This document shows, piece after piece, positions 9,717 to 19,212 of a DNA stretch of 64,000 bases. This DNA comes from a virus. How positions within the stretch are numbered: position 1 is the stretch's first letter; each line of letters begins with the position of its first letter. Under the pieces are notes generated by a model. The model was not told the DNA's origin. It searched no databases and saw only the letters and a list, made by a program, of their open reading frames with translations. The translations under genes and the position numbers were made by a program. Location: IMG/VR virus record IMGVR_UViG_3300045988_104147, positions 7,757 to 71,756 of that record. One strand, written 5' to 3'.

Positions 9717-10613
9717 ATGGAAACTACAAACAAACTAACTTATTTAAGTACAAAATTCTTTACAGAAAACAAAGAAGAATACAGAATAACAGTCACAGTA
9801 TCTTTAGATGATGATTGTCATAACAATATGTGTGACTGGAGTGTAACAGCCGATATTAGACGGAAAAATCAACGTGGACAATACAAAGAGTATATGGGAG
9901 GCTGCTGCCACGATGAGGTTGCAAAACATTTTCCGGAATTGGCGAAATTTATACCATTGCATTGCAGTAATCATTATGGTGCTCCTATGTATCCGGTGAA
10001 AAATGGCATATATCATATTAGAAAAAGTGGTATGTCTGTGGCAATGAAGTATTTGCGTATATCAGAACAAGAATGCGTAGAATTATATATAGCTTCTGAG
10101 GATGAGCTGTATTTCAAGTATCTGCTTTTCAGTCTGGGGATCGTGGATAGATGGAAAAGAGAATCAGAAGAGCTTATTGCGGAACTTGAAAAATTGTGTG
10201 GAAAGAAGTGGGTTAATCCGTATACGCCGGAAAAGGAAAGGTTTACTTTGACATTAACGGACGAGGAACGTTTGCTTATTGAAGAGCGCATTAAAGCCGG
10301 GTATTATTCCGCAGAAAATATCGAAAAACACAGGAAAGAGGCTCATAAGGCAAAGGTGTTGAAAAAGCGTGCTGAAATTTGTGAGCAATACGATAAGGAA
10401 ATCAGACAAGCAGAAGCAGAAAAGAAGATAATGCTCTGTGTGTTTGATTATGGGTTGTCTACCGATAATGTTATATATTATTCTCACACGAACACTTTGT
10501 CTTTCAACTGGGACAGTTATGGAGAAAAAATCACACAGGAAGAGTTTGATGATTTTGTGAATAAGGTAGACCGCTCTCAATTGCCGGAAGGCATCAAGTT
10601 TGAACTTAAATAA
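9717..10613 (+). CDS. hypothetical protein (298 aa)
   Basis: ORF track. Confidence 0.5.
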   Translation: METTNKLTYLSTKFFTENKEEYRITVTVSLDDDCHNNMCDWSVTADIRRKNQRGQYKEYMGGCCHDEVAKHFPELAKFIPLHCSNHYGAPMYPVKNGIYHIRKSGMSVAMKYLRISEQECVELYIASEDELYFKYLLFSLGIVDRWKRESEELIAELEKLCGKKWVNPYTPEKERFTLTLTDEERLLIEERIKAGYYSAENIEKHRKEAHKAKVLKKRAEICEQYDKEIRQAEAEKKIMLCVFDYGLSTDNVIYYSHTNTLSFNWDSYGEKITQEEFDDFVNKVDRSQLPEGIKFELK

Positions 10614-10914
10614 AATACAGGATATGGAAAGATTGAATTTTGAAACATTGTTTCGTATCGTAAGATGGGATTACAACCGTTGCTTTAAGGATGAATCACT
10701 GGACAAGGATTTGTTCATGGAAAAATATGGGAAAGTTATGGGGGAACATTATTACAATAAGTTTGTCCATGAGTTTGACGGGAATATCCTGAAGATGATT
10801 GGTTACTTCAGAAGTTCCGAAAAAGAAGGGCAAGTGTTCTGCGATATGATAACCGAACGTATTGAAAAATACGAAAAGAGAATGTCATATGATAAAGGTG
10901 AGTTAAACAATTAA
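10600..10914 (+). CDS. hypothetical protein
   Basis: ORF track. Confidence 0.45.
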   Translation: MNLNKIQDMERLNFETLFRIVRWDYNRCFKDESLDKDLFMEKYGKVMGEHYYNKFVHEFDGNILKMIGYFRSSEKEGQVFCDMITERIEKYEKRMSYDKGELNN

Positions 10915-10926
10915 AAAGATATTTAT

Positions 10927-11991
10927 ATGAACAATTCAATGGTCGCTCACTTGTGGGCAAACGAAAAGCAAGAATCCGCAAATGGTAGTAATTTTTATTT
11001 TGAAGGTGAAAGTATTTACTCCTATGGAAGACATTTTGAGGTCGGAAGAATCGTGCGAAACAAGCGTGGAGAAAAGGCGTATTTGATTAATGATACATAC
11101 TATTCTTCTACTACAAGCAAGCATCAATATTATGTTCGTGAAGCAATACCAACTGGCTCAAAGGTGTTCTATGTTGAATGTAATATATCATATTGTATCG
11201 GTAACATGCTCTTTGTTACCAATATGTTGGAATGTATTAAAGATGCTATTGAAAAATACAAGAAAGTCAGAACCGAATTGTCTTATCGGGATGTTTGGGG
11301 GAATTTTAAAAATCTGATGGATTATATTGAGTTCTTCGATATGGGGACTCCCCAGCGTCTTCTTAAAAAGAGCGCAAACGAATGGCTTGGAGCTAACCAT
11401 GAATTATCATGGAAATCAGATAAGATTAAACGTGAACATGTCCGTGAGTTGAAACGTGTTTTCCAGATATTATTGAATCATCAAGCACTGGAAGTCCTTG
11501 GAACCGTTATTGTGATTGTAGATGAAGTTTGTGGTGAAGGAACTTGGTTGAAATATCGGGAAAGAGTTGAAAAATATAGAATAAATATAGAAGCAAAACA
11601 GGAAAAAAAGCGAAGGGCAAGGGAAGAAGAATTAGACAAATTTCGTAAGGATTTTTATGAAAAATTAGAAAAATGGAAGTCGGGAGAACTTAATTTCTTG
11701 CATTCATATTATTTTATTGATTGTGCTGACGTAAATGCTTGGATGCGTATAAAAGGAGGAATTATTGAAACGAGCAAACAAATAAAAATCGGGATAGAAG
11801 AAGCCAGAAGGATGTGGCAGATGGTGTCGCTGTTGCACCGGGGAGGCCCGTTCCGACATGGCCTGGTAGAGGACATGAATGGCAACAAGTGGAGCATAAA
11901 CCGGTATGAAAACGATATACTGACAGCCGGGTGTCATCGTATTGCGTATAGCGAGATGGAAAGTATTGCTAAACAACTGGGATGGGTGTAA
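10927..11991 (+). CDS. hypothetical protein (354 aa)
   Basis: ORF track. Confidence 0.5.
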   Translation: MNNSMVAHLWANEKQESANGSNFYFEGESIYSYGRHFEVGRIVRNKRGEKAYLINDTYYSSTTSKHQYYVREAIPTGSKVFYVECNISYCIGNMLFVTNMLECIKDAIEKYKKVRTELSYRDVWGNFKNLMDYIEFFDMGTPQRLLKKSANEWLGANHELSWKSDKIKREHVRELKRVFQILLNHQALEVLGTVIVIVDEVCGEGTWLKYRERVEKYRINIEAKQEKKRRAREEELDKFRKDFYEKLEKWKSGELNFLHSYYFIDCADVNAWMRIKGGIIETSKQIKIGIEEARRMWQMVSLLHRGGPFRHGLVEDMNGNKWSINRYENDILTAGCHRIAYSEMESIAKQLGWV

Positions 11992-12031
11992 GTAGCCCAT
12001 CCTGTTTTATAACAATTAAAAACGAAAAAAT

Positions 12032-12775
12032 ATGGAAAATTCAATTGTTGTTCCGTTTGATTTAAATACGGCGAGAAAAATTAAAAGCGGAGAAATAGAA
12101 GGTTCAGTATTAGTTGATAATATTGAAATAGAATTTGTATATGAGTCGAAAAACTGTGCAAGTCCTTATAATTTACTTTTTGTAAAAAAAGATGGATATG
12201 GAATAAGTGCTATATATGCTAACACGGAAGGTTGTACTTTTGGTAACGCCACTCTGGAATTGAGGGTAGAGGCTGGAGCGTATTTCAAGAAAGGAGATAT
12301 ATTAATAAGTACGCTTGGGAACCCATTTATATATAATGGTATTATTAATAGAGAAGGAGATATGGGATGCATATATGGCATATCGGCATATGGCGAGATT
12401 ACATCTGAAGAAGTTCCAATATGGACAAGTGTGTGTAGTGAGGATAAATCCAAGTATGTCAGATTAGCCACAGAGGAAGAGAAAAAATCTTTTGCTGAAA
12501 GAATTGCTAATACAGAAAGCTTTGAAAAAACAGAAATCATAAAAAAATATCTAAGTAAGTACGAATATTTACTTGACGAACAAAAGAAATGCGATTTTAA
12601 GCCATTCGATCAAGTATTGGTGAGAGCAAGTAATTTGGGAAATTGGAATCTACACTTATTTGCCAGAGTAAGAGAAGAAGAATACAAATATGAATGCTTG
12701 GGAGGTTTGAGATACAAAGAGTGTATTCCATACCAAGGGAACGAACATCTTTTAGGAACCAATAAAAACAAATAA
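12032..12775 (+). CDS. hypothetical protein, tandem paralog A (PFDLxTA...KPFDxVLV...KYECLxG...CIPxxGNEHLLG)
   Basis: ORF track; clear shared motifs with the next ORF. Confidence 0.55.
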   Translation: MENSIVVPFDLNTARKIKSGEIEGSVLVDNIEIEFVYESKNCASPYNLLFVKKDGYGISAIYANTEGCTFGNATLELRVEAGAYFKKGDILISTLGNPFIYNGIINREGDMGCIYGISAYGEITSEEVPIWTSVCSEDKSKYVRLATEEEKKSFAERIANTESFEKTEIIKKYLSKYEYLLDEQKKCDFKPFDQVLVRASNLGNWNLHLFARVREEEYKYECLGGLRYKECIPYQGNEHLLGTNKNK

Positions 12776-12779
12776 GATT

Positions 12780-13514
12780 ATGGAACAGAAAACAGTAACA
12801 ATTCCGTTTGATTTAGAAACGGCGAAAAGAATAAACATAGGGGGAATAGTAGGTCGGATTGTGACAGAGAAAGGACGAAATAGAGCAGAAATAGTATATG
12901 AAGACAATTCGTCAAGTTGTCCGTTATTGGTTGTAATTCATTCGATTTCTGTATCGGCAGATTGGTTTTCCGCTACAGGAAAAGCACTTAGCAGCGAAAA
13001 TCGCCTCCTTCTTGAAGTTCCGGAATATATTACATTTAAAGATGGAGAGGTGTTAAGCAACGAAGATGGAAGTTTTATTTTTATTTTAAATATACATGGG
13101 AAATATTTAACATCTTTTTATGCGAGTCTTGCAGCGGGAGTAGGTCTTAATATATCGGATAATTTTTCTGCATGTAATAACGAAATAGAACGCTATAGAC
13201 TTGCAACAGATTCGGAAAAACAGAGGATGATTAAAGCGTTAAAGAAAAGCAAAAATCCTAAAGCAAAAGAATATCTAAAACGCTTCTTCGGAATTGAAGA
13301 AAGGCCGAAATATGAGTTTAAGCCGTTTGACAAAGTGCTGGTAAAATATCATGAGGATGACAATTGGAAGGCCAGTTTATTCACAAGAACAATTACTGAC
13401 GATCAGGATGGGGAAACTAAATATGAATGCTTGAATGGAACGGTGGTTGTTTATTGTATTCCTTTTGAGGGTAACGAGCATCTTTTAGGAGCTGCTGAAA
13501 ATCCAGAAGAATGA
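12780..13514 (+). CDS. hypothetical protein, tandem paralog B
   Basis: ORF track; shares N- and C-terminal motifs with 12032..12775. Confidence 0.55.
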   Translation: MEQKTVTIPFDLETAKRINIGGIVGRIVTEKGRNRAEIVYEDNSSSCPLLVVIHSISVSADWFSATGKALSSENRLLLEVPEYITFKDGEVLSNEDGSFIFILNIHGKYLTSFYASLAAGVGLNISDNFSACNNEIERYRLATDSEKQRMIKALKKSKNPKAKEYLKRFFGIEERPKYEFKPFDKVLVKYHEDDNWKASLFTRTITDDQDGETKYECLNGTVVVYCIPFEGNEHLLGAAENPEE

Positions 13515-13705
13515 AAACGGTAAAATTATCTGATTTTTCTCCTTATGACAGAAACAAAGGAGGAATACAAGAATTGCATCATAAAATTGAGCCTAAAACA
13601 CTTCAGTATTGGGGCGAAGATAGTGGTATTCTGATCGGCATCACTCCGATATATAAGAGACATTTGTGGAGCGAAGAAGTAAATGTTATAAATGATAAAC
13701 AATAA
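13511..13705 (+). CDS. hypothetical protein
   Basis: ORF track. Confidence 0.35.
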   Translation: MKTVKLSDFSPYDRNKGGIQELHHKIEPKTLQYWGEDSGILIGITPIYKRHLWSEEVNVINDKQ

Positions 13706-13707
13706 AT

Positions 13708-14007
13708 ATGAAAACAAGAACATACGAAGGGGTGCAGCATGGAGACTGGGTGAGATGTACTCAATGTGGAGCACAAATGCTTCTTCCACGTGGAGCTGAC
13801 CAATGTCCAGAATGTTATGGATACGACACGTTGGTGTGGGTAGATGAAGATAGGCAAGAAATGGACACTAAGCATCTGGATTGCCTTGCTCCAATGCGCA
13901 AATTGGAGTTACAAGAATATTTGTCTCAAGATGTTTTGGCGATAGAGCATAGCGAATATTATAAACAATTGATAGGGGAGGATGAATGGTGTGAAGAAGA
14001 AATATAA
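13708..14007 (+). CDS. zinc-ribbon protein (CTQCG...CPECYG)
   Basis: ORF track plus CxxC pairs. Confidence 0.45.
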   Translation: MKTRTYEGVQHGDWVRCTQCGAQMLLPRGADQCPECYGYDTLVWVDEDRQEMDTKHLDCLAPMRKLELQEYLSQDVLAIEHSEYYKQLIGEDEWCEEEI

Positions 14008-14041
14008 TAAAGAGTATCATTATTAAAATAATAGAGAAATT

Positions 14042-14296
14042 ATGAACGAGGATATTTTAAGCAATATGTTTGGGTGTGATACATATTGCATATGTGACAG
14101 TTCTTCAAATAGGTACTGTTTTATTGGGCCTATTGAATGTAACGGGAAGTTAATAGAAGAGTTTAGGAAGGGAATAATAGTAAAATTGAAATATGTGGAA
14201 AAGAGGGTTCTGGATACATTCAAAGAAAATGGGGTTGATCTGGATAACTATACCCACTGTGTTATAGTAAAGCGGAATTTTTATCTCGCTTGGTAA
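14042..14296 (+). CDS. hypothetical Cys-rich protein
   Basis: ORF track. Confidence 0.4.
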   Translation: MNEDILSNMFGCDTYCICDSSSNRYCFIGPIECNGKLIEEFRKGIIVKLKYVEKRVLDTFKENGVDLDNYTHCVIVKRNFYLAW

Positions 14297-14314
14297 CAGT
14301 AAAATACAAACAAT

Positions 14315-14977
14315 ATGAACAATTTTATAATAGATACTCCAGATAATTTCTGGCAAATAAGATGGCTTGACAAGTATATGGAAGGTCACAAGGGGTTCAT
14401 AGCTGGTGGATGTTTTAAGAATATCCTTTCCGGAGAAAAAGTAAAAGACATAGATATTTTCTTTGAAAGCGAAAGTGATTTTCAGGAAGCTGTTGATTTG
14501 TTCAATGATGAAAAACATCAGAAAGAAGGATGGAAATTTAAGTACAGGAATGAGAAGGTATGCGCATTCCAGAAAGAGGGAGAAAAGGTATGGGTAGAGT
14601 TCATAGAGTCAGAGTTCGGAAAGCCAGAAGCGATTCTCAGGAGCTTCGACTTTACTGTAGCAAAAATGGCTTACTACAAGGAGCCTAAATACGAAGAAGA
14701 GGAAGATGATTATTTTCCATTCTCATCTGCAAGTATAGTAGCATACGAGTACAAACTACTCTACCATGAGAAATTCTTCGAACATCTTCATATGAAGAGA
14801 CTGGTCATTGATGAAAATATTCCTTTTCCAGTAAGCACATGGGAACGCTCATATCGGTATAAAGGATATGGTTACAATATGTGCCGGGAGACAAAGAAAA
14901 AACTTCTACAGGCTCTTAAAGATGTAAATGTAGAGGAGGAAGATGTATCTTTGTATGCTACTGGAGGATGGGATTAA
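14315..14977 (+). CDS. Pol-beta-superfamily nucleotidyltransferase-like protein (AGGCFKNILSGEKVKDIDIFF fits hG[GS]x9-13DhDh)
   Basis: NTase GS...DxD motif read by eye. Confidence 0.4.
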   Translation: MNNFIIDTPDNFWQIRWLDKYMEGHKGFIAGGCFKNILSGEKVKDIDIFFESESDFQEAVDLFNDEKHQKEGWKFKYRNEKVCAFQKEGEKVWVEFIESEFGKPEAILRSFDFTVAKMAYYKEPKYEEEEDDYFPFSSASIVAYEYKLLYHEKFFEHLHMKRLVIDENIPFPVSTWERSYRYKGYGYNMCRETKKKLLQALKDVNVEEEDVSLYATGGWD

Positions 14978-14995
14978 CTTATAAAACATAGATAT

Positions 14996-15658
14996 ATGAA
15001 TACATCATTTGAGAAATCTAAAAACAGTACAGATGAATGGTACACACCTAAAGAAATTATAGACGCTTTAGGGGAATTTGATTTAGATCCATGTGCGCCT
15101 ATGCGTCCGTTATGGAGGACAGCCAGGGTTATGTATAACAAAGAGCAAGATGGATTAAAACAAAAATGGGAAGGAAGGGTATGGTTAAACCCACCTTATT
15201 CAAGACCGACTATAGAGCATTTTATTACTCGTATGGTAGAGCACAATAACGGAATAGCTCTTCTTTTTAATCGTCTTGACAATAAGATGTTTCAGAATGT
15301 TGTATTCCCGAAAGCAAAAGGTATATTGTTCATGAAAGGAAGGATAAAATTCCACAGAGAAGATGGAACAATAGGTGAAAGTCCAGGATGTGGGTCTATT
15401 CTGGTTGCATTCGGCGAAGAGAATGCGGAAACATTAAGATCTTCTAATATTGAAGGAAGATATATACAGGTCAATCAAGAACCGTGTAACACCCATGTAG
15501 ATTGGGAACAACGTAGATACGAGATGGCAAAAACCATGCTTCCGATCACAGCCGTATCAGGACATGGACCTCATGGTGAATTAATATTGGAAGCGTGTGA
15601 TAAGGCGGCTGAATTAGCTGTAATATACGCAGATGCTTTAATTAAAGAACTGAAATGA
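14996..15658 (+). CDS. dam: phage-type DNA N6-adenine methyltransferase (Dam family; DPCA ... WLNPPYS motifs)
   Basis: DEWYTP...DPCA...NPPY motifs characteristic of the phage Dam methylase family. Confidence 0.7.
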   Translation: MNTSFEKSKNSTDEWYTPKEIIDALGEFDLDPCAPMRPLWRTARVMYNKEQDGLKQKWEGRVWLNPPYSRPTIEHFITRMVEHNNGIALLFNRLDNKMFQNVVFPKAKGILFMKGRIKFHREDGTIGESPGCGSILVAFGEENAETLRSSNIEGRYIQVNQEPCNTHVDWEQRRYEMAKTMLPITAVSGHGPHGELILEACDKAAELAVIYADALIKELK

Positions 15659-15810
15659 AATCAACAGTACATGCTTATCTTGAGAATGATTATAGATTTT
15701 ATAGACTTCCTCTATTTAAAGCTACGGCTGTAAAATACGGATGGAATAATTCTATAGAGGAAGATAGTGGGAGAGGAAAAATATAATTCAAAGTATTAAG
15801 TAGATATATT

Positions 15811-16647
15811 ATGAGCGCAAGTAAAGAATACAAGGCAGTAAGAAACTGCATACTAAATGAACTTCACCTTACCAAAGAAGATATAATCAAAAACATAGAA
15901 TCATTATTGGAAAAACTTGTAAAAAGGTGTATGCATAATACGTACGGAGGAAACAATCAGATAGAACATTGGATCAGATGTATGGTAAACGATGAGCTTA
16001 AACAAAGGGATTATGGTTTTGTAGAAAGAATAAGCAAGGAAGTCGTGAAAAATCATGTGCTGAATGAGTTGAACATAATCGTAAGACCCAAAAATGAAAG
16101 ATGCGTATGCGAAAATAGAGTGCCATCAAGAAAAGATGGTTTGTATCTAATCTACGGGAACGGACACGTAGAGCCGTTTACCGGCGATAACTCCAAAGAT
16201 TGTGTACGATACATCGGGTTGAAGCATAGATACATGTCATTTGCAATCTCACTGACGGAGCATGATATCGTACAATTGCTTGACGATGATAGCCGTGAAG
16301 AATCCGGAAGTGGGACATATTATGAACGTGAATGTGATGCGCTGTTTGACATTGACGGACGCGGCAATACGGAACGCCTTGTAGCCAGAAATCCAAAATT
16401 GAGAAATCTGCTGGAAGATGGCGAGTATATACCATCTCTTGGTCAATTAAATTTAATGGCCCATTATATGGACGAACTAAACAAAGCATTCACTTATGTT
16501 TCGGCATCTCCCCTCTCCTCGACGTGGTATTGGTCCAGTACTGAGAGCAGCCAGGCCGTCGCGTGGTACGTGGTCTTCTCCAGTGGCCTCACGGGCACCG
16601 GCAACAAGCACATCGGAGACATGGTTCGGACGGTAATTGATTTTTAA
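15811..16647 (+). CDS. DUF1566-like (C-type-lectin-fold) protein; C-terminal YWSSTE...AWYVVFSSG motif; GC-rich 3' end
   Basis: conserved DUF1566 signature in the last about 50 residues. Confidence 0.5.
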   Translation: MSASKEYKAVRNCILNELHLTKEDIIKNIESLLEKLVKRCMHNTYGGNNQIEHWIRCMVNDELKQRDYGFVERISKEVVKNHVLNELNIIVRPKNERCVCENRVPSRKDGLYLIYGNGHVEPFTGDNSKDCVRYIGLKHRYMSFAISLTEHDIVQLLDDDSREESGSGTYYERECDALFDIDGRGNTERLVARNPKLRNLLEDGEYIPSLGQLNLMAHYMDELNKAFTYVSASPLSSTWYWSSTESSQAVAWYVVFSSGLTGTGNKHIGDMVRTVIDF

Positions 16648-16658
16648 AAAGGATTACA

Positions 16659-17456
16659 ATGATAACATCAGTAAAAATAAAAGACAATACGAAAACTCCA
16701 TTTGAATATGTTTCTGACATAGAAGCGTTTGAAAATGGCAGAGAATTTATTTTCAAGCCAGGAGTGAATGTGATTGTAGGTAAAAACGGTAGTGGAAAAT
16801 CAACTTTGCTTAACATCATATCAATGTATGCGTTATGTGAGAAATCCATGTGCTCTGAAATGCCGGCTGAGGCACTGGATTTTCCACCTATATTTGATGA
16901 TGATGATAAGGTTCTTGATGGGATTGACATATCATCCGATTATGCAGGGAAAGTATTCCGTTTATTGCCATCGGCGGAGATGAATCGAGATAGTGTATTG
17001 AAAAACATCAGCAATTTAGATTTGTATGTGAATAATATTCGAAAATCTTATGGAGAGAAAGTGGTGTTATCATTGGAATCGCTTTTCAATTTAATGTTCG
17101 GTCAAAAGGATTATACGTTTCCAATACAAGATCTTGTAGAATACAAGAAAAAATCAAATGCGTTTTGGATTAAAAGAATTGATAACCTGTTGAAGTATTA
17201 TAAAAGAAATCGCATAACATTAACAGAAAGCAGTTTTGAATACACGGTTCTCATGGATGAGCCAGACAGGAATCTTGATATTGACAACATAATGCAAATT
17301 TATAATGTATTGTCATTCCATAAACCACAAACACAAATTATAGCCATAATACACAATCCGGCATTGATTTACAAATTAAGCAAATTAGATTGTGTGAATT
17401 TCATAGAGATGACAGAAGGATATCTTAATAAAACTTGTACATTTGTGTATAACTAA
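16659..17456 (+). CDS. minimal ABC-type / AAA_21-like ATPase (Walker A GKNGSGKST; Walker B/D-loop VLMDEPDRNLD; H-loop IIHN)
   Basis: motifs read by eye; 265 aa, no coiled-coil insert. Confidence 0.6.
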   Translation: MITSVKIKDNTKTPFEYVSDIEAFENGREFIFKPGVNVIVGKNGSGKSTLLNIISMYALCEKSMCSEMPAEALDFPPIFDDDDKVLDGIDISSDYAGKVFRLLPSAEMNRDSVLKNISNLDLYVNNIRKSYGEKVVLSLESLFNLMFGQKDYTFPIQDLVEYKKKSNAFWIKRIDNLLKYYKRNRITLTESSFEYTVLMDEPDRNLDIDNIMQIYNVLSFHKPQTQIIAIIHNPALIYKLSKLDCVNFIEMTEGYLNKTCTFVYN

Positions 17457-17467
17457 TTAAAGGTGAG

Positions 17468-17776
17468 ATGAACTGGAAGAAATTCAAAGAGGAAAAACCT
17501 CCAGAGGGAGAAGAAGTGTTGGCCTATCACCCAAGTTGGATAGATGAAGATTTCAACCCAAGAGGTATAAGAATAGGGTTTTGGAATGGAGGGGACGATT
17601 TTAAATCGGCTCATTGGTGGGATTATCAAGATTGTTATATCACAGTCTCTCATTGTGATTGTGATGATAATTCGCTTTTCGGTGATAGAATAAAAAACAG
17701 CATAGAGCCAGAGTTATGGATATCACTTGATGTTATTACAAATTACTTACCTGACATAAAACAAAATCACTTATAA
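17468..17776 (+). CDS. hypothetical protein
   Basis: ORF track. Confidence 0.45.
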   Translation: MNWKKFKEEKPPEGEEVLAYHPSWIDEDFNPRGIRIGFWNGGDDFKSAHWWDYQDCYITVSHCDCDDNSLFGDRIKNSIEPELWISLDVITNYLPDIKQNHL

Positions 17777-17778
17777 CA

Positions 17779-18162
17779 ATGAGCTATTTTGTATTAATGG
17801 GGAGAAGAATCCCAAAGCAAGCCATAACAGGCTTCAAGTTCCAAAATGAAACAGATAACATTCGTCCTTTCCTGTCAATCAGGATAAGGGGAAAGGAGGA
17901 AATTATACCTTTCAAAGATAAAAAGGAGATACAGTCTGTAAAAGCGCATCTGTGTTCTGTCTTCTCCAAATTTGTAAAAATAGGTGACTGGTATCTTAAA
18001 ATGTCGGAAATTAAGGAATATAAGCCGGTGACTGCCGAGGATATGAATCCCTACATCTTATTTAAGACATCTAAGTTCGGAAACATAAAAGTTCGTTTCC
18101 CAAAAGATGAAGATATGAATGCGGAATTGTTGGTGTTAGATCAACTTTTTGATGTGGAATAA
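17779..18162 (+). CDS. hypothetical protein
   Basis: ORF track. Confidence 0.45.
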   Translation: MSYFVLMGRRIPKQAITGFKFQNETDNIRPFLSIRIRGKEEIIPFKDKKEIQSVKAHLCSVFSKFVKIGDWYLKMSEIKEYKPVTAEDMNPYILFKTSKFGNIKVRFPKDEDMNAELLVLDQLFDVE

Positions 18163-18191
18163 ATTAGTAATCACCTTTTATAAATCAAGCT

Positions 18192-18443
18192 ATGACCTGG
18201 AAAGAATTGAAAGACAAAATATCTCTTATGACAGAAGAAGAGCAACAGCAGGAAGTTGCAGTTTGGGGAGAAAATATGAATCTAATGAAAGATTGTTCCT
18301 TGGAAAAAACAAACGAGGATTTGTACTACAACTCTGAATGGGATTATACTTGTGAAGAGAGTGAATTGGAGCCAGAGGATAAGAAGAATCCTGATATATA
18401 CAAAATATATGAAGCAGGAATGCATTATATTTATTCGAATTGA
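18192..18443 (+). CDS. hypothetical acidic protein
   Basis: ORF track. Confidence 0.4.
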   Translation: MTWKELKDKISLMTEEEQQQEVAVWGENMNLMKDCSLEKTNEDLYYNSEWDYTCEESELEPEDKKNPDIYKIYEAGMHYIYSN

Positions 18444-18461
18444 TTTTAAAAAGATCTGATT

Positions 18462-19208
18462 ATGGCAGCATTAACAACACTAAATATAACGGAAAAGAAC
18501 GCTAATAACAGTTTATCTGTAACTGCTAAAGTGAATGTCACCAAAGAAGGAGTGTTTACCACTACTTTATCAAAAGAAGATGTGGATAAGATTCATTCTT
18601 ATGGGATCAAATTACCTACAAACAGATTAGGCAACGAAGGATATTTCAATAGTATAGCACTTTCTGATTTGGAAAGTCAAATCAGGGAAGTTATGAAGAG
18701 ATGTTTGAGTTATAAAATAGTAGAAGAAGTGCCTGTTATTAAGTACCAATTGGAAACAGTATGTGCATTTTCCTATGACAAAAACGGAAATATTATCCCT
18801 AACCCCTCTAAGGAATGGACAGAGAGTGGTGAAAACGGAGAATGGCGAGAGGGAACTTTTCGCTTAGATGCCTTAAACACCCAACCTTTCGGTTTTAGTG
18901 TTTATGCAAAACCATTTCTAAAAAGAGTAATTAAATATGGAAATGGAGAGACAAAAGTAGAATACGGCAGGTTAAATACAGAAAAAGGAACTTATGCGCA
19001 CTGGCTGAATTATGTAACATGCATATCATACAATCGACATAAGCCGGTAATGGAAGTGGAATGTAACGAATGCACCTCGAAATTATTCGTTGATATGATC
19101 AAGTCTATTTGTAAGATAAGTGAACAAGTCAAGAGTTTTATCAATCCAGAACAAATAAAAGCAATTGCGGAGTCAAATGAATCGCTTTTGTTTCTATCCA
19201 ATAACTAA
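18462..19208 (+). CDS. hypothetical protein (248 aa)
   Basis: ORF track. Confidence 0.5.
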   Translation: MAALTTLNITEKNANNSLSVTAKVNVTKEGVFTTTLSKEDVDKIHSYGIKLPTNRLGNEGYFNSIALSDLESQIREVMKRCLSYKIVEEVPVIKYQLETVCAFSYDKNGNIIPNPSKEWTESGENGEWREGTFRLDALNTQPFGFSVYAKPFLKRVIKYGNGETKVEYGRLNTEKGTYAHWLNYVTCISYNRHKPVMEVECNECTSKLFVDMIKSICKISEQVKSFINPEQIKAIAESNESLLFLSNN

Positions 19209-19212
19209 AGAT

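Noticed and set aside
15811-17456. Complete diversity-generating retroelement
   Set aside because: No reverse-transcriptase ORF (YxDD) and no template-repeat copy of the putative variable region exist within this window. Only the target-like gene is present, so the DGR idea stays hypothetical.
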